DNA of 24,000 nucleotides from Bacilli bacterium (GTDB taxonomy: Bacteria; Bacillota_I; Bacilli_A; RFN20; CAG-826): contig JAGAYY010000025.1 in assembly GCA_017940265.1 (NCBI GenBank), positions 182,177 through 206,176 of the forward strand, written 5' to 3'. The notes under the pieces are model-generated. The model was given only the letters and a program-made list of their open reading frames with translations. It was not told the DNA's origin and did no database searches. The translations under genes and the position numbers were made by a program. Each line of letters begins with the position of its first letter. Positions within the stretch are counted from its first letter, which is position 1. Below are positions 13,707 to 21,328 of the stretch, piece by piece.

Positions 13707-15746
13707 CTAAGATATGGTAGTCTTTTTATCTGCTACTACTGCTTTCTTGATGATATTACCTAGTAGTTTCGGTAATTCATCTACTCCATGTCTTAAGTCT
13801 ATCACATTTTTAAACATGTCTTCAGCTCCACATACATTGTCAATAGTTACTTGAATGACAGAAAAACCATCATTCTCAAGTTTCTTAACATTTTCACGAG
13901 TATCATGTCTAGCAGCCAAACCTCTATAGTCGCAGGCACTAGGTTCACCATCACTAATAACAAACATAGTAACTGGTGATGAGGTAAATTTTCTTACTCT
14001 TTTACCTACTTCATACAGTGCGACACCATCTCTATTTTCATATAATCTTCTTCCACACATTCCGAGAGCATAAGGATCAGAATGTTTTTTTCCTTCCTTA
14101 TAAATTCGAATATCGGTAGAACCAGTATGAGTAATATCGGCAGTATGACCATAAATATAGAGATCTACTCCTGGCAAACTCCCTAAGGCTTCATTCAGGA
14201 GTATAGCGGCTTCTCTTGCTTTGGTCATCTTAGTAGAATAAGAGTATCGATATTCTTTACTATATTCTACCCAATCCGTTCCCATACTACCAGATTCATC
14301 TATTACAACGCAGACAGTACTCTTATTTGTTCTAACCTGTCCTTGTCGAATATAAACCTGTGGTACTCCTTGATATGCTTCGGCCAGTTTTGCTGTATCT
14401 AGGATTCCAGATCTACATCCATAAATATTAAAATCATAGTTTCGATCTGTATTCTTGATAAGTTTCTTAATGGCAGGAACAGATTTCTGAATTTGATTAG
14501 CAACTCGTCTATAATTCTCTGCATTTCCTTTGATATTTTCGAAATAGGTGGATTTCTTTTCCCCACGTTCGGCCATGCCAGTAATTAGTTTAGATAATAT
14601 AGAGCTATCTTTGATCTTACTAGAAATTTCAACTCCAGATATTGCACTTCCAGAATCAGAATCAGATCCATAATTTACTTTAACAAATCCCATTTCAAAT
14701 GCTTTTCCATATTTAGATAGCATTTTAACAACGTGACCAAGGCTAAGTTTCTTATCAGAACCTTTAGTTTTTAGTTCAAGATCCGGGAAAGTAGATATTA
14801 TTTCTTTATAAATTCCTAATCCTGCAATACAAGCTTCTTTAGTTGATTGTGGTAGAGGATTTAAGAATTTCTGAATAGCCTTATACTGTTCAGAATATTT
14901 CTCTAAGGTATCTTCGTCTAGATCTTCCGGATATCTGATCAACCTGAAGAGATTATTCATGAAAAGCTTAAATTGTACTTCTTTCTCGAAGGCAGAGTAA
15001 ATATTATTATTGCTATACTTAATAAAGTTTTTATATTGATAACTTTTAGCAATATCTATAAACTCTGTATATCCCGGACGTTCTTGAAGTAGTAAATTTT
15101 CAATTCTTTCATCTTCAATAAGATTAATTAATGAGATAATGAACAAAATACAATCTTCAAGTTTAGTAGTCTTACCATCAATAGTTATGCTTCTGGTACA
15201 AAGTCTATTAGAAAAATCCGTTAAGACTTTATACTCAGTGAACTTCAGATGAGAAGCTTCATGTACTCCTAAGCCACAACAGATATTAATTTTCTCTGAA
15301 TCACTATATCCAGATTCATCAAGTATTTTTGTTGGAATGAATACACGTCTAGATCCATCTTTAAGTCCTCCTTCTATTTCAGAACCATCACAAGATAATT
15401 GAATTTTAACATTGAAAGGAAAATCCAAAATAACAATCATATCTCTAGTAGATCTATAGACCTTACTAAGAAGTTCCTGTGCTTTATCAATATCGGTTCC
15501 GCTTGATCTTCCATACCAACTACTACTGCTTGATACAGTCTCTGACAGTCTAGAAGTTGAATATCCCAAAGAAGATTTATATCTAGATTTATAGGCATCT
15601 TTCCAAGAATAATCTTCTTTTTTAGATGAACCCCACCAATCCCATCCAGATGAAGAAGAGTCAGAGTCATAATAATCATCGTCATCATCTCTGCTACTTC
15701 TCCAATAACCAGAATAATATCCTTTTGACCACCAAGGTTTTGACAT
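13707..15746 (-). CDS. CobT-like vWA-domain protein with central HExxH motif and low-complexity N-terminus
   Basis: C-terminal vWA domain: MIDAS VVIDESGSMG, IYGHTAD, ENRDGVALYEVGKRV, FVISDGEPS (CobT-like spacing). HEASH at nt 15249-15263 with IEDERIE at 15099-15116. The N-terminal 85 aa are rich in S/D/W/Y. Confidence 0.85.
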   Translation of the reverse strand: MSKPWWSKGYYSGYWRSSRDDDDDYYDSDSSSSGWDWWGSSKKEDYSWKDAYKSRYKSSLGYSTSRLSETVSSSSSWYGRSSGTDIDKAQELLSKVYRSTRDMIVILDFPFNVKIQLSCDGSEIEGGLKDGSRRVFIPTKILDESGYSDSEKINICCGLGVHEASHLKFTEYKVLTDFSNRLCTRSITIDGKTTKLEDCILFIISLINLIEDERIENLLLQERPGYTEFIDIAKSYQYKNFIKYSNNNIYSAFEKEVQFKLFMNNLFRLIRYPEDLDEDTLEKYSEQYKAIQKFLNPLPQSTKEACIAGLGIYKEIISTFPDLELKTKGSDKKLSLGHVVKMLSKYGKAFEMGFVKVNYGSDSDSGSAISGVEISSKIKDSSILSKLITGMAERGEKKSTYFENIKGNAENYRRVANQIQKSVPAIKKLIKNTDRNYDFNIYGCRSGILDTAKLAEAYQGVPQVYIRQGQVRTNKSTVCVVIDESGSMGTDWVEYSKEYRYSYSTKMTKAREAAILLNEALGSLPGVDLYIYGHTADITHTGSTDIRIYKEGKKHSDPYALGMCGRRLYENRDGVALYEVGKRVRKFTSSPVTMFVISDGEPSACDYRGLAARHDTRENVKKLENDGFSVIQVTIDNVCGAEDMFKNVIDLRHGVDELPKLLGNIIKKAVVADKKTTIS

Positions 15747-15771
15747 ATGTAGTTTTTATTTAATTAAAAGT

Positions 15772-15793
15772 TTAGCCCCGGTTAAAGGGCTAA
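15772..15793 (-). promoter_or_regulatory. intercistronic hairpin between the AAA+ and vWA genes
   Basis: ttagccc (15772-15778) / gggctaa (15787-15793). In minus sense it is followed by ACUUUUAAUU. Confidence 0.4.
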
Positions 15794-15798
15794 TATTA

Positions 15799-16950
15799 TT
15801 AATATGATGAGATAGTCTTATAGATTGTACTTCTCTCACCGTCTGTAGTAGTACCTTCATATAATGGAAGGTAGATCATTTCCATAGCTTTACCCAAGTC
15901 CCATCCATCAACCACTAAGTTAGCTACCATAAGGGTTTCTCGGATTGATAGTGTACTAGAGATTTCCTGCTTGTTGTACAAGCTTCTAATATTATTAGCA
16001 ACCTTAACAATCATTTCAGAATCTTTCTCCTCCAGGCCGGTTCTCTTGCATAAAACAGCTTTTTCTTCAGTGCTAGGTATACATCCTAATTCTAAGGGGA
16101 AGAATCTATTAACAAGTGCACGGTCCATTTGATTAGTTCCACTATATTCAGAACCTACATTAGCGGTAGCAATAAATGTAACTTCGGGATGAATCTTAAT
16201 CTCACGAATATCTTTACCACCTGCAACCTCAATACTTAAGGTTCGACGATCATCAAGACACGGGAACAGCACATTATTAGACGAAAGTGCTGCTCGGTTA
16301 AGTTCATCTAGGAGAATTACACAAGGTTCCTGAATAACTTGAGTGAATTTGGCATAATCAAAAATAGATTTGCCACCTTCAAGTCTATGAACACCTAAAA
16401 GACTGCTGATTGGGTCAATAATAGATCCCATATCAAAAACATGAAGAGGGATATCCAATCTTGTACATACTTCTTTAACACAACTAGTCTTACCAGAACC
16501 AGTCGGGCCCACAATTAAAGTATTAACATGCTTCTTAATATTCCTCACCAGAAGATTCCAGTCATTTGAAGACATGTAGAATCCATCTTTCTTAGAGGAT
16601 GGGCAGACTAGTTTCGTATCTGACATAATCTTTGACAGAATAGTAGATTCTTTCATTGGATCTACGAAGGTTGTCTTGAATGTTTTATCATATTCAGCAA
16701 TCTCCGCTCTCATTCTGCCATCAAGTCGTCTGAAATTCTTAGTGGTATAGTATTTTTTACCAAACGAAAGATTCAAGGCATCACTTACAAAAATTGTGCC
16801 AATTGGAAATTTGCTTCGAATCTCTGTAGGACAACTAACCATAAGATTTTCATCTACTGGAGTTCCGTCAGATAATTTTTGACCAGGTAATGCATTAACT
16901 CTGATCTTAGATTTCTTTTTATCTTCTACAGTTTTAAAGTAATAATACAT
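15799..16950 (-). CDS. MoxR/CobS-like AAA+ ATPase (AAA_5 type)
   Basis: Walker A VGPTGSGKT, Walker B VILLDELNRA, sensor-1 FIATAN, DRALVNRF. There is an extra N-terminal domain of about 140 aa. Confidence 0.85.
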   Translation of the reverse strand: MYYYFKTVEDKKKSKIRVNALPGQKLSDGTPVDENLMVSCPTEIRSKFPIGTIFVSDALNLSFGKKYYTTKNFRRLDGRMRAEIAEYDKTFKTTFVDPMKESTILSKIMSDTKLVCPSSKKDGFYMSSNDWNLLVRNIKKHVNTLIVGPTGSGKTSCVKEVCTRLDIPLHVFDMGSIIDPISSLLGVHRLEGGKSIFDYAKFTQVIQEPCVILLDELNRAALSSNNVLFPCLDDRRTLSIEVAGGKDIREIKIHPEVTFIATANVGSEYSGTNQMDRALVNRFFPLELGCIPSTEEKAVLCKRTGLEEKDSEMIVKVANNIRSLYNKQEISSTLSIRETLMVANLVVDGWDLGKAMEMIYLPLYEGTTTDGERSTIYKTISSY

Positions 16951-16963
16951 AAGTTTTTACATA

Positions 16964-16986
16964 GGCAGGGCTTGATCCTCCCTGCC
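16964..16986. promoter_or_regulatory. GC-rich hairpin or palindrome in a divergent promoter region
   Basis: ggcaggg (16964-16970) / ccctgcc (16980-16986), between divergent genes 16950(-) and 17021(+). Confidence 0.4.
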
Positions 16987-17010
16987 CTCACATCAATAAG
17001 GAAATCAAAG

Positions 17011-17020
17011 CCTTATAAGA
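17011..17020 (+). promoter_or_regulatory. CCTTAT-box abutting a GTG start
   Basis: CCTTATAAGA followed by GTG 17021. Same geometry as 23766-23775 / GTG 23776. Confidence 0.45.
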
Positions 17021-17287
17021 GTGAGAAAATTAAATTTAAAAAAATTATCTAAGGTAATAAGAAAAATACGAGAGTTACCAAAAGATACTAATACACAATT
17101 CAAGGTTAGGGGTTATACGAGAATGAGAATTCAAGTATCAACATCGTCGGCAGATGATACTATTGCTCTTGCTTTTCTTAGTAATGATCCTAGATTGAAA
17201 GATTCAATGTTTTACCTTATTGGCGGTAAACCAGAAAAAGGATCTAATCCTTTTGACTTAGATCTCTTAACTCAGATTATTATATGA
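17021..17287 (+). CDS. hypothetical protein (GTG start)
   Basis: ORF track. Basic N-terminus MRKLNLKKL. Confidence 0.6.
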   Translation: MRKLNLKKLSKVIRKIRELPKDTNTQFKVRGYTRMRIQVSTSSADDTIALAFLSNDPRLKDSMFYLIGGKPEKGSNPFDLDLLTQIII

Positions 17288-17601
17288 AGAAAACTACTAG
17301 AAAACTTAAATCATTATTAATAAAAGCAATTCAATCTGAGGTTCTTAATGGTACCCCAACACTATTTATCCGAAAACTTCCAATAGGATCAACCTTAATT
17401 CAATCTCCTGTTCCGGAAGAATATTATTCCAAGAAACTATTATTATGTTCAGTGTCTAGGGGAATGACCCTATGGATAACTGAAGAGGATCAAAAATTAA
17501 TAGAGGTTGGTATTTATACAGGTCTTCATCATTTAAAGATAACAGATCTTCGTGAGCTCCTTAATAGTATTCTTAATGAAAAAGAAAGAATGCCGAGTTA
17601 G
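17284..17601 (+). CDS. hypothetical protein
   Basis: ORF track. ATGA overlap with the upstream gene. Confidence 0.6.
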   Translation: MKKTTRKLKSLLIKAIQSEVLNGTPTLFIRKLPIGSTLIQSPVPEEYYSKKLLLCSVSRGMTLWITEEDQKLIEVGIYTGLHHLKITDLRELLNSILNEKERMPS

Positions 17602-17911
17602 AGAAGAAACGATAAGATTATTTGGTATCTTGGAAAATTATGTTAGAATCTCTAAAAAAGAATTATATTCTAGCAATCATAGGCATGGATGGCACCAAGG
17701 ATCTAGAAGTGCTTCAGTTCATATAGGATTCTTATGTACTGATATAACTGAGATAAGAGTAACTATTGAGGGATGTACTTTTGGGTTTTCTAAGGGTGGT
17801 GATCATCAATTATTCTTTAATCGAGCAAATGGTGGAGGACTCTGGGAATTATACTTATTATTACAAGAACTATATGAAAAAGTCAAAAAAGAAATGGGTT
17901 TCGGAATTTAG
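17576..17911 (+). CDS. hypothetical protein
   Basis: The ORF track starts at 17552. The ATG at 17576 (MKKKECRVREE) overlaps the previous gene by 26 nt. Confidence 0.55.
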   Translation: MKKKECRVREETIRLFGILENYVRISKKELYSSNHRHGWHQGSRSASVHIGFLCTDITEIRVTIEGCTFGFSKGGDHQLFFNRANGGGLWELYLLLQELYEKVKKEMGFGI

Positions 17912-18098
17912 GGAACTGGATAAGAATTTCCAGTATCGAGGAATTCCGATTACTAAGGAAATTAAATTATATTGGGGTCTATCTACTAAAAGACAAATTA
18001 GTATATCTGGGAAGTATTATTTACCAGAACAAACCCCAACCAGATATCTTAGGGAAATTGTTTATATCCTTAGGATAAAAATAAAAGAAAGACATTAA
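17874..18098 (+). CDS. hypothetical protein
   Basis: The ORF track starts at 17766. The ATG at 17874 (MKKSKKKWVSEF) overlaps the previous gene by 38 nt. Confidence 0.5.
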   Translation: MKKSKKKWVSEFRELDKNFQYRGIPITKEIKLYWGLSTKRQISISGKYYLPEQTPTRYLREIVYILRIKIKERH

Positions 18099-18118
18099 TT
18101 TGTCTTTCTATTTTTATT
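18086..18118. terminator. bidirectional rho-independent terminator
   Basis: agaaagaca (18086-18094) / tgtctttct (18101-18109). The loop contains the stop TAA 18096-18098. T-run downstream and A-run upstream, between convergent genes. Confidence 0.7.
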
Positions 18119-18560
18119 CCCCAGGTGCTTCTATGAATTCATCAAATTCAGTAGGATCAATCGTATCCATTTGTTTATACATGCGCTTGACTACTTCTTC
18201 TGGTATTTGTGAAGCTCGTCGGGATAAACAAGTCTCTAGGCTGGTACACATCTTGACACCAATTACATGATAACCTAACTCTCGTAATTTCTTCAAAAGG
18301 GGTTTTCGGAAATATGGATTAACATTAGTATTATCAAGGGCAAAGTTAGCACCAGCATCAGATAACTCAGCTAATCTTTTTTCATGAAGTTCAGTAACTT
18401 TATCTTCTTGGGCCTTATCACCCAAAAATTTTTCACCTTCCTTACAATAACCGAGCTCAATTCTAATATCGTCTCGACTTATCCCGGGAATTCCTTGTGA
18501 TTTTACCCAGGTCGATTTTCCCGACCCAGGACAACCTAACATTACAAATGCTCTTTTCAT
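18114..18560 (-). CDS. polynucleotide 5'-kinase-like P-loop protein (T4 Pnk kinase-domain homologue, kinase only)
   Basis: MLGCPGSGKSTWV...ISRDDIR...LDNTNVNPYFRK...IPEEVVKRMYKQM parallels T4 Pnk GCPGSGKSTW, NRDDYR, SDTNLNPERR and VPIDVLRSMYKSM. At 148 aa it has no phosphatase domain. Confidence 0.8.
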   Translation of the reverse strand: MKRAFVMLGCPGSGKSTWVKSQGIPGISRDDIRIELGYCKEGEKFLGDKAQEDKVTELHEKRLAELSDAGANFALDNTNVNPYFRKPLLKKLRELGYHVIGVKMCTSLETCLSRRASQIPEEVVKRMYKQMDTIDPTEFDEFIEAPGE

Positions 18561-18696
18561 TGTTTATTAATCATGACGGAATTACAAATGGTTTTTATTT
18601 CTATGGCTTAATGGGTATGATTGCAAATATGTGGGTGTATCAATAGCTCACAGCGCCTCAGTGATTTGACTACCGAGATACTTACCAAGTTAAAGA

Positions 18697-18885
18697 TCAC
18701 CATAATTTACAACAAAATCCAAATTCATATACGCATAATAGTCTGAGAATGATCTTTACTCCACCTCTCGGCATCATACCAGTTCTCCAGACAGACCATA
18801 AGCCACATTTACTGTTTGCAAATTCTTTAATATTTACAAACCAACCTTTTAACATATTTTCTACATTTTCATATTGTTGATTCAT
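18697..18885 (-). CDS. hypothetical small protein
   Basis: ORF track. The CCTTAT box abuts its ATG, which supports it as a real gene. Confidence 0.5.
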   Translation of the reverse strand: MNQQYENVENMLKGWFVNIKEFANSKCGLWSVWRTGMMPRGGVKIILRLLCVYEFGFCCKLW

Positions 18886-18898
18886 TACATATATAAGG
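18886..18898 (-). promoter_or_regulatory. CCTTAT-box abutting start codon
   Basis: Minus-sense CCTTATATATGTA followed by ATG 18885. Confidence 0.5.
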
Positions 18899-18915
18899 CT
18901 TTCAGGCCTCGTTTT

Positions 18916-18928
18916 CCTTATAAATAGT
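18916..18928 (+). promoter_or_regulatory. CCTTAT-box abutting start codon
   Basis: CCTTATAAATAGT followed by ATG 18929. Divergent partner of 18886-18898. Confidence 0.5.
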
Positions 18929-19246
18929 ATGATGAACGTTATTAAATTATTTGGTTTTAATAAACCTAAAAAAGTATTTAATGCAGAGTCAGCACTTAAT
19001 CTCTATGAATATGGAGATGCCAGTGTTACTCTTGAAAGGGCTGTTAAATCCAGAATAAATGATATTAACAGCTGTATTCGGTATAATGCTAGAGGCAGAA
19101 AAAGATCATTTGTCTCTATCCTAACCGATGAAGATAAAGAATTAATAAATCGAGTTACCAAACACTTCGAAGATCAGGGCTTTTTCGTTAAAGTCCAGGA
19201 ATATGAAGAAATTCCTGAGAATAAGTTTCTGGTAATTGGATGGTGA
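18929..19246 (+). CDS. hypothetical protein
   Basis: ORF track. Confidence 0.7.
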   Translation: MMNVIKLFGFNKPKKVFNAESALNLYEYGDASVTLERAVKSRINDINSCIRYNARGRKRSFVSILTDEDKELINRVTKHFEDQGFFVKVQEYEEIPENKFLVIGW

Positions 19247-19251
19247 GAAAA

Positions 19252-19264
19252 CCTTATTAATGAA
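19252..19264 (+). promoter_or_regulatory. CCTTAT-box variant
   Basis: CCTTATTAATGAA, 17 nt upstream of ATG 19282. Confidence 0.35.
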
Positions 19265-19281
19265 TTTAAAACAATAAAATT

Positions 19282-20034
19282 ATGACATTTATTTGGTTAA
19301 GTATTGCGATTGTAGTATTTGCAATCTTGTGGGTAAAGTTTAGAATTGCTAAAAACAAACCCGCAGATCAGAGAAGTGCTTTTGAGAAAATATTAGCAAC
19401 TCTGAGTGTTAAACATCGTGAGAATATGGAAAATGCTGCGAATGCTATCCGTACTCCCGAAGTATCTAAGACTGAGGCTATCCAGAAAACAAAGGATGCT
19501 ATCAATGAGCTTAAGGCTGGTTATCAAAAGCAGCTTGCTGAGATGATCAGTAATAAAGATAAGCTCGAGGATATGCTTCCTAAGTTGAAAGAAAAACCTG
19601 GTGTCTGGGAAGGCAAGGCACGCAAGGCTAAGAAAGACATGGAAAAGGAAACTGATCCTGAATTAAAGGAACAGTTTAAGGAAAACGCCATGTTGTATCT
19701 ATCCTTGAAGGCTAAGGCAACTGAGCGTATTAATAAGACTGAACAGTACCTTAAAAAGTCTCAGACAGCTATCACTAAAGCAAGAGTAAGTTACGAAAGT
19801 AAGCAGGCTGTCTTGGAGGATATGTTAATTGACCTTGAGTCTTTGTCTACTGCTATTATTAATGTTAAGTTCAATACCAATATGGAATTGATTAAGAGCT
19901 TACAACGTGAATGTGTAGATAGTTTACGCGAGAGAAATGCTGAGATTGAAGCATCTAACATTATCAACGGAAATGATAATCCGGCAGCTAGTGTAGATCA
20001 GAGTAATTTTGAAGATGAATTCGATAAGCTCTAA
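19282..20034 (+). CDS. membrane-anchored coiled-coil protein, PspA/IM30-like
   Basis: N-terminal TM FIWLSIAIVVFAILWV, then long helices. VWEGKARKA...EQFKENAMLYLSLKAKATERI... parallels PspA EWQEKAELAL..EDLARAALIEKQKL. Acidic C-terminal FEDEFDKL. Confidence 0.45.
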   Translation: MTFIWLSIAIVVFAILWVKFRIAKNKPADQRSAFEKILATLSVKHRENMENAANAIRTPEVSKTEAIQKTKDAINELKAGYQKQLAEMISNKDKLEDMLPKLKEKPGVWEGKARKAKKDMEKETDPELKEQFKENAMLYLSLKAKATERINKTEQYLKKSQTAITKARVSYESKQAVLEDMLIDLESLSTAIINVKFNTNMELIKSLQRECVDSLRERNAEIEASNIINGNDNPAASVDQSNFEDEFDKL

Positions 20035-20040
20035 ACAACT

Positions 20041-20688
20041 ATGGCAGTAAATTTAGTTAAAGGACAACGAATTAGTCTATCAAAGTCATTTGTTGGTCAG
20101 ACGGTATACGGAATAGGGTTACGTTGGGATGTAGGTGATAAAAACTACGACCTTGATGCAATGGCCCTTCTTCTAGATAATACAGTAGACCAGGGCGGTA
20201 AGGTTATTAATGATGATTTTGTTTGCGCTTATTTCAACAATGACAGAACACGTGATAACTTTGATAAGATAACATTTGCTCTTCCAGAAGGTGGTATTGG
20301 TTTCCAGAGTATTGATGGAAGTGTGAAGAGTTTTGGAGATTCAAGAGATGGAGTAGGCGATGGTGACGATGAGAAACTAGAACTTGACCTCTCTAAAGTG
20401 GATCCTAGAGTGAAATCTATTCTTGTATTGGTTAATATCTATACGGACGATCTCTCTTCTAGTACACCAAACTTTGGACAGGTTAAGAACGCTGCTATCC
20501 GACTCTATAAGGGAAAATCTGATATTCCTGAGCTAGTCTTTGAGCTCAGTGAGGATTTCAGTACTGAGAGAAATCTTGAGTTCGTTGAGATTTATAATCA
20601 CAATGGAGAATGGAAGTTCAAAGCTCTCGGAGATGGTACTAACCTAAGTTTTCCAGAAGAGCTAAGAAAATTTGGCATAAGTTGTTGA
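20041..20688 (+). CDS. terD: TerD-domain stress-response protein
   Basis: MAVNLVKGQRISL, GLRWD...YDLDAMALLLD, Ca-binding GDSRDGVGDGDDEKLELDLSKVDPRVKSILVLVNIY, FGQVKNAAIRLY, EFVEIYNHNGEWKFKALG. This matches the canonical TerD layout along the full length. Confidence 0.9.
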   Translation: MAVNLVKGQRISLSKSFVGQTVYGIGLRWDVGDKNYDLDAMALLLDNTVDQGGKVINDDFVCAYFNNDRTRDNFDKITFALPEGGIGFQSIDGSVKSFGDSRDGVGDGDDEKLELDLSKVDPRVKSILVLVNIYTDDLSSSTPNFGQVKNAAIRLYKGKSDIPELVFELSEDFSTERNLEFVEIYNHNGEWKFKALGDGTNLSFPEELRKFGISC

Positions 20689-20692
20689 GGTT

Positions 20693-20730
20693 AAGAGGTT
20701 TATTCCTTCGGGGATGACCTCTTTCTTTTT
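20693..20730 (+). terminator. rho-independent terminator
   Basis: aagaggt (20693-20699) / acctctt (20717-20723), with an inner C(UUCG)G, then tcttttt. Confidence 0.75.
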
Positions 20731-20749
20731 AAGCGGACTCTGTATTACT

Positions 20750-20790
20750 AAAAAAAAAATAGGTTGCTACCCTCTATAAAAGAGTAGCAA
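20750..20790 (-). terminator. rho-independent terminator overlapping the stop codon
   Basis: Minus sense: TTGCTAC (20790-20784) / GTAGCAA (20770-20764), followed by a T10 run (plus-strand A-run 20751-20760). Confidence 0.65.
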
Positions 20791-21226
20791 TCCAATCCCA
20801 ATCAACTACCATGCAAACTTCTCCGAAACGATTCTTCACCGGCCGAGTTTTAATGCCGAGGTTATGATCATCGATATAGTAGTCGGCATATATCTTACGG
20901 CCGGGATCCTGCGTTTCGAGTTCCCACCATGGATTTTCTCCTATCGCATCAAACTCTAAACCCCTCTCCTTACAAAATTCAATGACTGGCGTAAGAAGAT
21001 CAACGGTCCCTGGTTTTCCGGCGCGTCCAGTTTCTTTGAGATATTCGCGAAGTTCTGGACAATAGATAGGATATTCGGTAGTTCTTTGTGTTATAAGAAT
21101 TAATCGATCACCTCTTTCGCGTATCCCTTTCAAAGTAGATATCGCGCCATCTATCTCTGGACCGATATAAGGCCATTCATCTACGCATATGGTATTATCA
21201 AAATCAATCCCGTAAGTCTTTCCCAT
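20774..21226 (-). CDS. HAD-superfamily phosphatase (DxDxT)
   Basis: The ATG at 21226 gives MGKTYGIDFDNTICVDEWPYIGP...LILITQR...YADYYIDDHNLG. These are HAD motifs I-IV. The track's longer start adds an implausible extension. Confidence 0.75.
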   Translation of the reverse strand: MGKTYGIDFDNTICVDEWPYIGPEIDGAISTLKGIRERGDRLILITQRTTEYPIYCPELREYLKETGRAGKPGTVDLLTPVIEFCKERGLEFDAIGENPWWELETQDPGRKIYADYYIDDHNLGIKTRPVKNRFGEVCMVVDWDWIATLL

Positions 21227-21328
21227 ATATAATACAATATTTAATACCTTCCCAAACAATAACACATGGATAACTTTCAGGCCTTTCTTCACCCACAAGA
21301 CCTAATCCCTCTTTTACTCCGAGGTAAT

